This document shows, in pieces, positions 39,780-50,276 of a stretch of DNA of 64,000 bases. The position numbers and the translations under genes were made by a program. Numbering within the stretch: position 1 is the stretch's first letter; every line of letters begins with the position of its first letter. The DNA comes from Coraliomargaritaceae bacterium (lineage in GTDB: Bacteria > Verrucomicrobiota > Verrucomicrobiia > Opitutales > Coraliomargaritaceae), in the NCBI GenBank assembly GCA_965656495.1, contig CBFHKU010000002.1, forward strand, positions 169,161 to 233,160, given 5' to 3'. The notes beneath the pieces are model-generated. The model worked only from the letters and a program-made list of their open reading frames with translations, was not told the DNA's origin and ran no database searches.

Positions 39780-40511
39780 CTAGGAATTGGCGGCGGCCTG
39801 CGCCTCCAACTCAATGCGGTCCGCGACCGTACTTGCAAAATTTTCCAGTTCCACCACCGCGATCTTGGTTTGCTGCAGGAGATAGTTGTAGCCGAAGACC
39901 GAAGGGATCGCGACCACCAGACCTGCAACCGTGGTTAAGAGCGCGCCTGAAACCCCTGGCGCGAGACTCTGCAGACTCGCCGAACCGGTTCCCGCCATTC
40001 CACCGAAGGCATCCATCACGCCCCAAACCGTGCCCAGCAACCCGAGGAACGGCGCCCCCGTCACAATCGATCCAAGCAGCACCATCTTCGTTTCATACCG
40101 CACCGTTTGTTCCGCCACACCGCGTTGCAGGGCGTTTTCAACATGCCCCATGCGCAAACTCACGCGGTGCGTGTCCGTGTCCGCAAGATCCCCACCGTAG
40201 CGGGCAAATGCCTCCAAGCCTTCGCGCACGAGGTTATAGAAAGGCCCCGCCCCCTTGCCGGGCAAGCTGGGGTCCAGCGCCAGCAAGTGCGCCTCCTTGC
40301 TCAATAAACGTTCATAGCGCAGGTTCTGCGCCCGCAAGCGCGACAAATCCAGATACTTCCCCAACATGACCGACCACGCAATCACGCTACACAGGGCTAA
40401 AATCAGGATAATAACTTTACCCGCAAAATTGGACTGCGCAAAGTAAGTGAAGACGTTGGCGTTCGCCGCCGCCTGAATGAAAAAAAGATCCGGTGTTATC
40501 AGGGCATTCAT
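39780..40511 (-). CDS. MotA/TolQ/ExbB proton channel protein
   Basis: APFLGLLGTVWG, APGVSGALLTTVAGLVVAIP. Start placed at MNALITP. Confidence 0.92.
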   Translation of the reverse strand: MNALITPDLFFIQAAANANVFTYFAQSNFAGKVIILILALCSVIAWSVMLGKYLDLSRLRAQNLRYERLLSKEAHLLALDPSLPGKGAGPFYNLVREGLEAFARYGGDLADTDTHRVSLRMGHVENALQRGVAEQTVRYETKMVLLGSIVTGAPFLGLLGTVWGVMDAFGGMAGTGSASLQSLAPGVSGALLTTVAGLVVAIPSVFGYNYLLQQTKIAVVELENFASTVADRIELEAQAAANS

Positions 40512-40651
40512 AAAACTAATACAAATAACGCCCATGTCAGCTGTCTTGACAAGCCATGAACACCCTCGCTTTAAAAATTCTGCTAACAATTACACTGTAA
40601 AAGAGTTTGCCACCTGCTTTCACTCACAATCTTCTATTCCTTAGCATTGAT

Positions 40652-41761
40652 ATGAATCATAAAAAACAAACGCTTGAAGAGCTTCAGCGCCTCTCACCCT
40701 CACTCGCCTCAAAGAAGGCCCTCGTTGGAATCGACGGATTTGTAGATAAGATCGTGCACCCCGTTGCCCAACGCAACGGCCCGGGCAAAGACTTCACCCG
40801 TATCGAAACCATCGCCGATTTCGGCGCGCGGATCAGTTCTGCAGCCGGTAAAAGCGCGAACCTCGAATTGGCCCCGGTGGTCGACAAGCTCGGCGGCAAC
40901 GGCCCCCTCATGGCAAACGCCCAGCGATGCCTCGGCGCGCAGGTCCGCTACATTGGCGCCCTCGGGAAAGATTCCGTGCATCCCCTCTTCACTGAATTTG
41001 CCGCTTTGACCGAGGCCATTACCCTCGCCGACCCCGGCGTCACCCATGCCGCTGAATTCAAGGACGGCAAAATCATGTTCGGTTCAACCGGAAGCCTCGA
41101 GACCATCACCTTCCCCTTCCTCCTCGAACATATCGGACTCGAACAACTCATCGAACTCTTCTCCGCACAGGACTCCATCAGCATGGTTAACTGGACCATG
41201 ATCCCCTACCTCTCCGAAGTCTTTGAGGGATTCCTCGAACAGGTCCTTCCCGCCGCAACGGCAAACCCTGACCGCCTCTTCTTCTTTGATCTCGCCGATC
41301 CCGAAAAACGTTCCCGCGAAGACCTCCTTCGCGTCCTCAAAATCTTCAGCCGCTTCGAGCAATTCGGAAAAGTCGTCCTTGGCCTCAATTATCGGGAGGC
41401 GGAACAAGTCGACGCCCTGCTCGGCTTTGAACCCCTCCCCAAATCGGAAGCAAACTTAAAGACGCAGGCGAGCCGCATCCGCGAGGCACTGGCACTCAAC
41501 ACCGTGGTGGTACACCCCGTTGAATGCGCGGTCTGCGCCAAGGCCGAAGGCGCTGCCTACGCCGAAGGCCCCTTCTGTGATAACCCTAAAATCACCACCG
41601 GGGCCGGTGATCACTTCAACGCCGGATTCCTTACCGCTTGCCTCATGGGACTCTCACCCGAGGCCGCACTGACCCTTGCGGTCGCCACCTCCGGTTTCTA
41701 TGTTCGCAACGCCCAGAGCCCCACGCTCGAGGATCTCAACTCCTTCATTCAATCCTGGTAA
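40652..41761 (+). CDS. PfkB/ribokinase-family carbohydrate kinase
   Basis: KLGGNG, LNYREAE, TTGAGDHFNAG. Confidence 0.85.
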   Translation: MNHKKQTLEELQRLSPSLASKKALVGIDGFVDKIVHPVAQRNGPGKDFTRIETIADFGARISSAAGKSANLELAPVVDKLGGNGPLMANAQRCLGAQVRYIGALGKDSVHPLFTEFAALTEAITLADPGVTHAAEFKDGKIMFGSTGSLETITFPFLLEHIGLEQLIELFSAQDSISMVNWTMIPYLSEVFEGFLEQVLPAATANPDRLFFFDLADPEKRSREDLLRVLKIFSRFEQFGKVVLGLNYREAEQVDALLGFEPLPKSEANLKTQASRIREALALNTVVVHPVECAVCAKAEGAAYAEGPFCDNPKITTGAGDHFNAGFLTACLMGLSPEAALTLAVATSGFYVRNAQSPTLEDLNSFIQSW

Positions 41762-41772
41762 ACCAAGAACAC

Positions 41773-42405
41773 ATGAGCGGGTATTTCATCAGTTTCGAAG
41801 GCGGTGAAGGTTGCGGAAAATCAACCCAGATTCGTCTTCTGGCTGCCGCACTTGAAGCTCAAGGGCACTCGGTTCTCATGACCCGCGAGCCCGGCGGCAC
41901 GCCCCTAGGTGAGCTGCTTCGCGATCTCCTCCAACACAATCCTGCAGGCGAGCAGATGGTTCCAGAAGCAGAACTTTTGCTCTTTGCTGCCAGCCGGGCC
42001 CAGCTCGCACGTGAAGTGATCCAACCCGCCCTCCAAGCTGGCAAAATCGTCCTCTGTGACCGCTACCTCGATTCCACCACCGTGTATCAAGGAGTGGCAC
42101 GTAAACTCGATGCTCAGGCAGTCGCTGCCATTAATAATTTTGCGGTGGGGTCCGTGCGCCCCGATCGCACCTTCCTACTCGACCTCGACCCAAAGACCGG
42201 GCTAGAACGGGTCCGCGCCCGTACCGAGGGAAAACTGGATCGCATGGAAGATCAGGCCAGTACCTTTTTTGAAGCGGTGCGTCAGGGTTTTCTAGCTCTT
42301 GCGGCAAAAGAACCCGAGCGCGTACAAGTAATTGATGCCAGCCTTTCTGTCGATGCGATGCAGTCGACAATTTTAACTGCAATAAAAGCTCTCCTTAATC
42401 ACTGA
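41773..42405 (+). CDS. tmk: Thymidylate kinase
   Basis: FEGGEGCGKSTQ, TREPGGT, LCDRY. Confidence 0.96.
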   Translation: MSGYFISFEGGEGCGKSTQIRLLAAALEAQGHSVLMTREPGGTPLGELLRDLLQHNPAGEQMVPEAELLLFAASRAQLAREVIQPALQAGKIVLCDRYLDSTTVYQGVARKLDAQAVAAINNFAVGSVRPDRTFLLDLDPKTGLERVRARTEGKLDRMEDQASTFFEAVRQGFLALAAKEPERVQVIDASLSVDAMQSTILTAIKALLNH

Positions 42406-42570
42406 TTCTTCCTCGAAGAAAATACAGAATTCAGTAGATACAATTTTCTTATACCCAAAAAATAATTTTTTGATATTTTAGTTGCTTAATTTATTTTTTA
42501 TTTGTTAAAACTTTGATTGTTAAATTTATTATGGCAACTTAAAACAAGTTTCTACATACAAAATTGCACT

Positions 42571-43182
42571 ATGAATCCTTTAATTAAATCGAGCCTGCGT
42601 TATTTAGTCGCCCTTTTATTGTATTTAAATTGCGCCTTTAGTCAGGCTCAAATAATCAATTTTAATTTTTTAAATCTAACCAATGCGTCGGCAAGCGATA
42701 CCATAACCGCTGACGATGGTTCGACCACCCTGACTGTTTCAACGACTGATGATTGGGGAAACATTAGACAAGTTGGTATTCGCGTAGACAGCGACGGATT
42801 ACGTGTTTACAGAAACTCTTTAAGCTTAACCTTTAGCTTCAGCAAAGATGTAATTTTTAAGTCTTTCTTTAATGATTACTCGTACCAAGCAGATAACCAT
42901 TCTATCACGTTTACACTTGGGAACGAATCTAAAAATCTAGAAATAAGAAACAATAATGGAAACACGGAAGAATTTCCCGCAGCGTTTAATAATTGGATCA
43001 TCCCAGCGAACACACCAGTTACGTTGAACTCGGTTGTGCATGCTAATGTTGCTAGTTCTCAATTTTGGAGCAGCTTGGCTGTGACAGTAGTTCCCGAACC
43101 CGCTACCTATGCATTCTTACTCGGATGCGCTGTACTAGGCATCAGTTTTATGATCCGGCGTCGTGCCAAAAATAAAGATTAA
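42571..43182 (+). CDS. PEP-CTERM surface protein in an AT-rich islet
   Basis: Signal peptide. C-terminal VPEPATYAFLLG, TM and RRRAK. Confidence 0.9.
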   Translation: MNPLIKSSLRYLVALLLYLNCAFSQAQIINFNFLNLTNASASDTITADDGSTTLTVSTTDDWGNIRQVGIRVDSDGLRVYRNSLSLTFSFSKDVIFKSFFNDYSYQADNHSITFTLGNESKNLEIRNNNGNTEEFPAAFNNWIIPANTPVTLNSVVHANVASSQFWSSLAVTVVPEPATYAFLLGCAVLGISFMIRRRAKNKD

Positions 43183-43338
43183 AGTGGCAATAGAGCCATT
43201 GCGGATCGAACTTAAGGATTCGTCACACAGGATTCTTTTCTTAAGTGAATAGGGCCTTAATTCAGGTAGCAAGGATTTGACCTTTAATTGTATTTGCCTT
43301 CAGGTAGTGAATACATTGGTCGCTTTGATCCATTTAAA

Positions 43339-44322
43339 ATGTCCCTAACTGCTACACTCCCGAAATCAGTCCGCGAATGCCGCGCCGTTCAGGTGCTCGA
43401 ACGTTCCATTCAACAGGAACGCCTTGGCCACGGCATCCTGCTGCACAGCAGTAAGCTCGCGGCGATTGAAGCGATCGCCCAAGCCATCGCCGCCGAACTC
43501 CTCAATACTGACAAAGACCCCTTCCTTCACCCCGATTGCTTTACCCTGCGCCCAAGTGGCAAAGCCCGTATGATTAAAATCGGCTCCGAGAGCGAGCGTA
43601 GCCAGGGCGAATGGCCGCAAAATTCCATGCGCCGCCTCGTCATCGATATCCAAAAATCCGCCAACCAGGGCGGTCGCAAAGTCGGGATTATTTTTGAGGC
43701 CGACCGCATGAACCGGCAATCCGCCAACGCTTTCCTGAAGACCCTCGAGGAACCGCCCGCTGACACGACCCTGTTTCTCCTCACCACCCGCCCCTACGAA
43801 CTGCTCGATACGATTCGCAGCCGCTGCCTCAACTTCCGGGTTCCCGACCTCGCCGGCGGTATTCAAAATCCTGACTGGCAGGACTGGACCCGCCAATACC
43901 GCGAGTGGCTCTCCCGCATCCTGCAAGGACCCAGTAAAAAATCCGTACCCCATCTGGTATTGGGCGCGTGTGGATTAAACCTGCGCTACCAACAAATCCT
44001 CCAAGAACTGACCAAAGAAGCGTGGACGCGACAAAAGGAACTCCTACCGGAAGACATCGGCCCCAGCGAGAAAGATGCCATTGAAACCGGTATCAGCCGT
44101 GGTTTTCGCAAACAACTCCTGGGTGAAATCGAGCGCCTTACCCTCGACTACACCCGCGAAATTGAAACGCTGAACCCCGGCCGTCTGCCCGCCAATGCCC
44201 TCCACCGCGTCGTCGCCACCCTCGAACACTGCGCCGGCTTGCTCGAAATCAATTTCAATCAGGTCGCTGCCCTTGAACTCTTCTTTCTCAGGTCCCTTCG
44301 TATCTGGTCCGGCGTCCGTTAA
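43339..44322 (+). CDS. holB: DNA polymerase III subunit delta'
   Basis: HPD, EADRMNRQSANAFLKTLEEPP, TIRSRC. Downstream of tmk. Confidence 0.88.
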   Translation: MSLTATLPKSVRECRAVQVLERSIQQERLGHGILLHSSKLAAIEAIAQAIAAELLNTDKDPFLHPDCFTLRPSGKARMIKIGSESERSQGEWPQNSMRRLVIDIQKSANQGGRKVGIIFEADRMNRQSANAFLKTLEEPPADTTLFLLTTRPYELLDTIRSRCLNFRVPDLAGGIQNPDWQDWTRQYREWLSRILQGPSKKSVPHLVLGACGLNLRYQQILQELTKEAWTRQKELLPEDIGPSEKDAIETGISRGFRKQLLGEIERLTLDYTREIETLNPGRLPANALHRVVATLEHCAGLLEINFNQVAALELFFLRSLRIWSGVR

Positions 44323-44350
44323 CCCCCACCTCAAAAAACTCAACAGTACC

Positions 44351-45001
44351 ATGTGTGGCCGATTCACCCTTCACATAAGCAAAAACAAACTCGTTGAAAC
44401 CCTCGCGAGCGATATGCCGGAGGGCTTCGAATACGAACCGGATTACAACATCTCACCCGGTCGGGAAGTCCTCACCCTGCGCGAGGAAATCCTCACCCCC
44501 ATGCATTGGGGTCTGCGTACCCCTCAAAATTTTCACGTAAACGCCCGCCTTGAGACCGCTGACAGCACCCCGCGTTTTCGAGAAAGCTGGGAAGAAAAAC
44601 GCTGCCTCATCCCCGCCAACGGTTTCTATGAATGGCTCAACGATGGAGTCCGCAAACAACCCCACTACATCGCACCCGCCGACGAATCCGTCCTTTATTT
44701 TGCCGGACTTTGGTTTCCCTCAAAAAATGACGCCTTTGCCGCACATTGCGTCATCCTCACCACCGAGGCTCAGGAATCGCTGCAGGCCATTCATCACCGA
44801 ATGCCCGTCTGCATCCCCGCCGCCGCACATCGCGATTGGCTTGACAACAAAACCAACAAGGCCGACGCGATTCAATTCACCAACGAAACCAGCTTGACCG
44901 CCCACGGCGTCAGCAGCCGCGTTAACGGTTCCCTGCACCACGACTCCAGCCTCATCCGCCCCACCACTCCGCAGGGCGATGACCAAATGCAATTCTTCTA
45001 A
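44351..45001 (+). CDS. SRAP/YedK (HMCES-like) abasic-site protection protein
   Basis: N-terminal MCGRF, YNISP, NARLET, RCLIPANGFYEW, HHRMP. Confidence 0.93.
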   Translation: MCGRFTLHISKNKLVETLASDMPEGFEYEPDYNISPGREVLTLREEILTPMHWGLRTPQNFHVNARLETADSTPRFRESWEEKRCLIPANGFYEWLNDGVRKQPHYIAPADESVLYFAGLWFPSKNDAFAAHCVILTTEAQESLQAIHHRMPVCIPAAAHRDWLDNKTNKADAIQFTNETSLTAHGVSSRVNGSLHHDSSLIRPTTPQGDDQMQFF

Positions 45002-45582
45002 ACCCTGCGATAAAGGCGCACCTCCTCGCGGCCTTTCGGACGACAGGAATACGTCCGCTCCGGTGTGTAGCTTTGGATCAACTCAAAGCCCCTTGCAAAA
45101 AGGGTATCGATTTCCGCTGCATCGATTGGATGCGGCGGGCCGGAACCATCATAATGGCTGACTTCCCGAAAGAAAACCGCCCAATAAAAACCTCCGGCCT
45201 TGAGCGCCTGTCGCACACTTTGCACGTAGGCCTCGCGTTGCGCGGGATCAATCGCACACAGGCAGGTATGTTCCACCACCCAGTCATAGGCATCCCGTTC
45301 TTCCGCATCCAGCCGTAGGAAATCTCCTTCCACCCATCGCACCGCACCCGCACCCGCGCTTTTGCGGGCCGTTGCCAAGGCACGCGGCGCAAGGTCCATC
45401 CCCGTCACCTCCGCCCCCGCTGCTGCCAAGGCCCGCGCATCGTGCCCCGTCCCGCATCCCGGTACTAATACCCGACCCGCGATTTTGTGACCTTCCAAAT
45501 ACTCCACCAAGGGCGGAGCCGCCGACCCCTTATCCCAAGGGGTGACGCCTTCCGCGTAAGCCTGTTCCCAATCCTTCGACAT
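44998..45582 (-). CDS. Thiopurine/thiol S-methyltransferase-like SAM methyltransferase
   Basis: TPWD, RVLVPGCGTGHD, EHTCLCAI, GPPH. Confidence 0.88.
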   Translation of the reverse strand: MSKDWEQAYAEGVTPWDKGSAAPPLVEYLEGHKIAGRVLVPGCGTGHDARALAAAGAEVTGMDLAPRALATARKSAGAGAVRWVEGDFLRLDAEERDAYDWVVEHTCLCAIDPAQREAYVQSVRQALKAGGFYWAVFFREVSHYDGSGPPHPIDAAEIDTLFARGFELIQSYTPERTYSCRPKGREEVRLYRRV

Positions 45583-45692
45583 CCCCCTCTAATTAAGTCA
45601 GCAAGTTGAAAAGGCAATCCCCGCAACGGCTTTTTAAGATCCGCTTGTCCTATGACCTCAAAACATTCATATTCGCCACTTTTATTCCAGCA

Positions 45693-46637
45693 ATGACCAC
45701 ACTCATCTTTACCGCCATCCTGCCGATCTTCCTGACGATTGCCCTCGGCTTCCTCGCCCGTCGGCTCGGCTGGATCGAAAAGTCTGCGGACTCCAGCCTG
45801 ATGGCGATCATGCTGAACCTCCTCTTTCCGGCGCTCTTCTTTTCCCTGATCCTCGAAAACCCCGCGCTCCGCCAAGCCGAAAACCTCTTCCTGCCACCCC
45901 TGCTGGGATTTTCCACCGTGGCGGTTGGGATGGGTCTCGCGCTCTGGATGGCCCGCCGTTTCCAATGGGGGAACTCCAGCGAGCGACGGACCTTCTCGCT
46001 TTCCACCGGCATGTATAACTATGGCTACCTGCCCATTCCCATTATGGCGGCCCTTTTTGGACGGGAAACCAGCGGGGTGCTCATTGTCTATAACCTCGGG
46101 GTTGAAATTGCGATGTGGGTCCTGGGGGTCGGTTTTATCCTTTCGGCACATGATTCCAAACCCCTCTGGCAACGGGTTATGAGCGGCCCCGTCATCGCGA
46201 TTCTCATCGCGGTCCCGGTGAACGCGCTGGGTTGGAGCGCCTACCTGCCGAAATTCTGCTTCGGCATCTTTGATATGCTGGGGGTCTGCGCCATTCCCAT
46301 CGCCTTGATCCTCATCGGCGTCACCTTTGCTGACCTCTTCAAGGGTCTCAACTTCCGTGAACACCGTGGCTTTCTCGTCGGCGGACTCACCCTTCGCATG
46401 CTCATCCTGCCGCTTGCCTTCATCGCGCTCGCCCTCCTTTTACCGGCCACCACCGAGCTACAACGCGTGCTCGTTGTTCAAGCCGCCATGCCCTGCGCGA
46501 TCTTCCCCATCGTGCTGGCACGGCATTACGGCGGCGCCCCCGTGATTGTCCTCAAGCTCGCACTCGTCACCACCTGCCTGAGCTTCGTAACAATCCCGCT
46601 CTGGATCGGCCTCGGCCTCAGTTGGATTGCGAACTAG
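45693..46637 (+). CDS. AEC (auxin efflux carrier/membrane transport) family transporter
   Basis: About 10 TM helices, NYGYLPIP, QAAMP. Confidence 0.88.
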   Translation: MTTLIFTAILPIFLTIALGFLARRLGWIEKSADSSLMAIMLNLLFPALFFSLILENPALRQAENLFLPPLLGFSTVAVGMGLALWMARRFQWGNSSERRTFSLSTGMYNYGYLPIPIMAALFGRETSGVLIVYNLGVEIAMWVLGVGFILSAHDSKPLWQRVMSGPVIAILIAVPVNALGWSAYLPKFCFGIFDMLGVCAIPIALILIGVTFADLFKGLNFREHRGFLVGGLTLRMLILPLAFIALALLLPATTELQRVLVVQAAMPCAIFPIVLARHYGGAPVIVLKLALVTTCLSFVTIPLWIGLGLSWIAN

Positions 46638-47029
46638 CGCGATTGTAAGCGAATCTTGTTCAAGCGGTTCTTCCGACAAAGATCCATCACCTCGGTCACA
46701 TGCTTGAGCGGGGCTTCCTCATCCGCCATCAAGAGCACCGGGATTTCCGGCGTGACTTCTCCCGCGACCCGCAGCGCCGCATCGAGCGCCTCCTTTTCAA
46801 GGCGCTGGTCATTCAAAAAGAACGCCCCCTCCGCGTCGACCGCCAAGATCACCTGTTCATCAATCTTGTTTTTGCCCGCCGTTTCAATCTCAGGCGCCGT
46901 TATATTGAGCGCCGTCACTTGGCGAAACTGCATCGTTACCAAAAAGAAAAAAAGCAAAACCGTCAGCACATCTACCAAGGGCACGATATTAATCGTGGGA
47001 CGTTGGCGACGGCGTTGGAGCAAACTCAT
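46634..47029 (-). CDS. ExbD/TolR family protein
   Basis: INIVPLVDVLTVLLFFF, LMAD. Confidence 0.9.
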   Translation of the reverse strand: MSLLQRRRQRPTINIVPLVDVLTVLLFFFLVTMQFRQVTALNITAPEIETAGKNKIDEQVILAVDAEGAFFLNDQRLEKEALDAALRVAGEVTPEIPVLLMADEEAPLKHVTEVMDLCRKNRLNKIRLQSR

Positions 47030-47047
47030 TGTATCGGGGGCCAAAAC

Positions 47048-47614
47048 TTAAGCGCGGGGCTTTTCATTAATCAGCGCCTGCACCGCCATACTGATACGAG
47101 CCGCAAGCGATTCAACCCGGCGCAGGAGATAAGCGTGCGCCACCAGTGCCGGAATCGCAATCGCCAGCCCTAGAATAGTGGTGTTCAACGCCAGCGCGAT
47201 CCCCCGAATAAAGGCCGCCGGTTCCGGCAAGCCGGTGTCCGCCGAGAAACCGCTGAAGACCTGCGTGAGACCCGTCACGGTGCCGAGCAAGCCAAGGAGC
47301 GGTGCCACCCCAATCACCACCTCCAACAAAAAGATTCCCCGCTCCATCCGACTCACCTCCAAACGCGCAAAGGCATTGAGCGCTTCCGCATCGGGACGGC
47401 GTTCCTTGTTAAAGGCAATGATGCGACCGGCAACCGATCCGGGATCCCCTTGCAGATTATCGATATCGTGCGCCAGGAAAGCCGCCACCAAATGACCCGG
47501 CATCACCCGGGAGTTGCGCAGCGCCAGCAGGCGCTCAATCGTGATCGCAACCGCTACAAAGGAACACAGCGCGAGGGGATAAAGAAAAATTCCGGCATTG
47601 GTTAGAAGATCCAT
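47048..47614 (-). CDS. MotA/TolQ/ExbB proton channel protein
   Basis: APLLGLLGTVTG, GIALALNTTILGLAIAIP. Confidence 0.9.
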   Translation of the reverse strand: MDLLTNAGIFLYPLALCSFVAVAITIERLLALRNSRVMPGHLVAAFLAHDIDNLQGDPGSVAGRIIAFNKERRPDAEALNAFARLEVSRMERGIFLLEVVIGVAPLLGLLGTVTGLTQVFSGFSADTGLPEPAAFIRGIALALNTTILGLAIAIPALVAHAYLLRRVESLAARISMAVQALINEKPRA

Positions 47615-47671
47615 AATTTTTAAAGGGACTGACCGCCTGCCGTATTGGAGTTCAAAACTGTGGAATTGTTC

Positions 47672-48277
47672 CTAGGTCCGCCCCATATAACTAAGGGCGC
47701 CTGCAACCGCATCGACTGCATCCGCCCCGCTGAGCAATTCGTCCAGCGGGTCGTAGTTCCCGCTCATTAAACTCTCCCGGGCATTCCCCTTGATTTCACA
47801 GGGGATGCATTGATCGCCGTAGCGAATTTCACCCGCATCGATATCAATCGTCACTTCCAGCGAAGGGTTCGCTTCGACCGCTGCCGCGAGCGCTTCACGC
47901 TCGGCGTCCCCGGCTGTCACACATACAATTCCGAGATTCGTTGAATTTCCAAAAAAGATTTCGGCATAACTCCCCGCGATGATGGCATTATAACCAGCGC
48001 GTTGGATCGCCTGCGGTGCGTGCTCCCGCGAACTGCCACAACCAAAGTTGTTGCCGCTCAAAATAATACCCGCCCCCGCAAAGCGCGGATCGTTCAGATT
48101 GTGGGCTTTCTCGACCCCCGCCTCATCCTTCCGTACATCGTGGAAGAGATACTCGCCGAGTCCATCAAAGGTGATGCACTTCATAAAACGCGCCGGGATG
48201 ATGCGGTCGGTATCGATATCATCTCCCGGTACGAAGACCGCACGAGAGCTAACACTGGTTATCGGTTCACTTGGCAT
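47672..48277 (-). CDS. leuD: 3-isopropylmalate dehydratase small subunit
   Basis: DIDTDRIIPARF, NFGCGSSREHAP, AEIFFGN. Confidence 0.96.
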   Translation of the reverse strand: MPSEPITSVSSRAVFVPGDDIDTDRIIPARFMKCITFDGLGEYLFHDVRKDEAGVEKAHNLNDPRFAGAGIILSGNNFGCGSSREHAPQAIQRAGYNAIIAGSYAEIFFGNSTNLGIVCVTAGDAEREALAAAVEANPSLEVTIDIDAGEIRYGDQCIPCEIKGNARESLMSGNYDPLDELLSGADAVDAVAGALSYMGRT

Positions 48278-48304
48278 AATAAATTTTCTCGGGATGAATG
48301 ATAC

Positions 48305-49723
48305 TTAGGCTACCTTTACCTCAAAGACCTCGCGGGCGTCCGTTACTTCGCCGCGCACCGCCGCCGCCGCCACCATGAGCGGACTCATCAGCATGGTGCG
48401 ACCGGTGGGCGAGCCCTGACGACCCTTGAAATTACGGTTCGAGGAACTGGCGCAGAGTTGATTGCCCACCAGTTTATCAGGATTCATCGCAAGGCACATC
48501 GAGCAACCCGCGCCGCGCCATTCAAAGCCCGCTTCCTTGAAAATTTTATCCAAGCCGAGTTGTTCCGCGATTTGCGCCACGACCTGCGAACCCGGTACCA
48601 CGATACCCTGCACGCCCTCCGCAACCTTGTGACCCTTGATGTGATTCGCCACTTCCTGCAAATCGCTCAGGCGTCCGTTGGTGCAGGAACCAATAAAGGC
48701 AACGTCGATGCGCTTCCCCTTCACCGGGCTTCCACCTTCAAATTCCATATACTCCAAGGCCTCGCGGATCGATTCGCGTTCGGAATCAGTCGCGCCACCC
48801 TCAATCGTAGGGATGCATTCCTCAATACCGACTCCCTGCCCCGGCGTGATGCCCCAGGTCACGGTTGGCTGAATCTCAGATGCATCAATATTCACGACAT
48901 CGTCATAGGAACAATCAGAATCGGATGCAAACGCGGTCCACTCCGCCACCGCCTGATCCCATGCCGCACCCTGCGGTGAGTATGGACGGCCCTCTAGGTA
49001 TTCAAAGGTGGTGGCATCGGGATTGACGTATCCGACCCGCGCCCCGCCTTCAATCGACATGTTGCAGACCGTCATGCGTTCTTCCATGCTCATTGCGTCA
49101 AAAGTTGAACCGCCGTATTCATAGGCAAATCCGGTGCCGCCCTGTGTCCCGAGCAAACGAATGATATGCAGAATCACATCCTTCGCAAAAACCCCCGGGC
49201 GCAAGGCACCGTCCACATTGATGCGGCGCACCTTGAGTTCGCCCAGTGCGATCGTTTGCGTCGCGAGGACATCGCGCACCTGACTGGTCCCGATACCAAA
49301 GGCAATCGCCCCAAAAGCACCGTGCGTCGCAGTATGCGAATCACCACAGGCGATCGTGGTGCCCGGTTGCGTGATCCCCTGCTCGGGGCCCACAATGTGC
49401 ACCACGCCCTGCTTGCCGGTATTCGTATCAAAAAAGGTGATGTCGTTCTCCGCACAATTTTTGCGCAGTTCCTCAATCATACCCTGCGCCAGAGGATCGC
49501 TGTAGGGCTCCAGCGCTTCATTGGTCGGCACGATGTGATCCACCGTCGCAAAGGTCCGTGCCGGGTAGCGGACTTTCAGGCCCCGGTCTCGCAGCATGCC
49601 AAATGCCTGCGGACTCGTGACTTCGTGAATCAGGTGTGTCCCGATGAGCAGCTGCGTTTGACCATTCGCCAAGGTGCGAACCGCGTGCGCTTCCCATACT
49701 TTCTGAAATAAACTTTTTCCCAT
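48305..49723 (-). CDS. leuC: 3-isopropylmalate dehydratase large subunit
   Basis: [41 protein letters not shown]. Confidence 0.97.
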   Translation of the reverse strand: MGKSLFQKVWEAHAVRTLANGQTQLLIGTHLIHEVTSPQAFGMLRDRGLKVRYPARTFATVDHIVPTNEALEPYSDPLAQGMIEELRKNCAENDITFFDTNTGKQGVVHIVGPEQGITQPGTTIACGDSHTATHGAFGAIAFGIGTSQVRDVLATQTIALGELKVRRINVDGALRPGVFAKDVILHIIRLLGTQGGTGFAYEYGGSTFDAMSMEERMTVCNMSIEGGARVGYVNPDATTFEYLEGRPYSPQGAAWDQAVAEWTAFASDSDCSYDDVVNIDASEIQPTVTWGITPGQGVGIEECIPTIEGGATDSERESIREALEYMEFEGGSPVKGKRIDVAFIGSCTNGRLSDLQEVANHIKGHKVAEGVQGIVVPGSQVVAQIAEQLGLDKIFKEAGFEWRGAGCSMCLAMNPDKLVGNQLCASSSNRNFKGRQGSPTGRTMLMSPLMVAAAAVRGEVTDAREVFEVKVA

Positions 49724-49832
49724 GCTCGTTATATAATGACTGCTAATTCAATTCTCAAAAGAGTCTCAACAAAAGCAGGCTTCCCGATTCTGGCAACTTT
49801 AATTCCCGCTTTCCCGAACCTGCCCAATCTTG

Positions 49833-49862
49833 AAAAAGAAAGAGCCCGCACTCGGCGGGCTC
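49833..49862 (-). terminator. Rho-independent terminator after HU
   Basis: GAGCCCGC/GCGGGCTC stem, followed on the minus strand by TTTCTTTTT. Confidence 0.75.
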
Positions 49863-49893
49863 AGCACTTAAATGATTCGGCTCTTTCGCTAAA

Positions 49894-50169
49894 TTAGAGA
49901 ATCGCCTTCAAACCTGCACCAGCCTTGAACTTAACAGACTTGGAAGCTTTGATCTGAATCTTCTCACCGGTTTGTGGGTTCACACCTTGACGTGCGGCAC
50001 GTTTTGCAACGGAGAAGGTACCAAATCCAATGATTTGAACCGCTTTGTCTTTCTTAACGCCCTTCTTGATGCCTTCGAGAACGGCTTCGAGTGCGCGCTC
50101 AGCGGCTGCTTTGGAGGTATCAGCTCCAAGTGATTTTTGTACTTCGGCTACGAGATCTGCTTTATTCAT
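49894..50169 (-). CDS. hup: Histone-like DNA-binding protein HU
   Basis: MNKADLV, IGFGTF, RAARQGVNPQTGE. Confidence 0.96.
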   Translation of the reverse strand: MNKADLVAEVQKSLGADTSKAAAERALEAVLEGIKKGVKKDKAVQIIGFGTFSVAKRAARQGVNPQTGEKIQIKASKSVKFKAGAGLKAIL

Positions 50170-50276
50170 AAACGATATATAGTGTTGAGGTTATTAATTT
50201 GGCTTGTGCCACCGTTTAAAGTGAGCAGCAAAAATGCTCCGTCAACAGATAAATTGCGCTCTAACCCGCAATTTTT

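Noticed and set aside
43261..43307. Direct repeat TTCAGGTAG x2 upstream of holB
   Set aside because: Only 9 bp and both copies are on the same side of the islet, so it is not a target-site duplication. Could be chance.
43339..43560. Missing Walker A motif in the holB-like protein as pseudogenisation
   Set aside because: Delta' subunits are catalytically inactive and often degenerate here. The SRC motif is intact.
44323..44350. LexA box before the SRAP gene
   Set aside because: No TGTTC-N4-GAACA or other palindrome is visible in the short spacer.
49724..49832. Leucine attenuator upstream of leuC
   Set aside because: No Leu-rich leader peptide or alternative hairpins seen.
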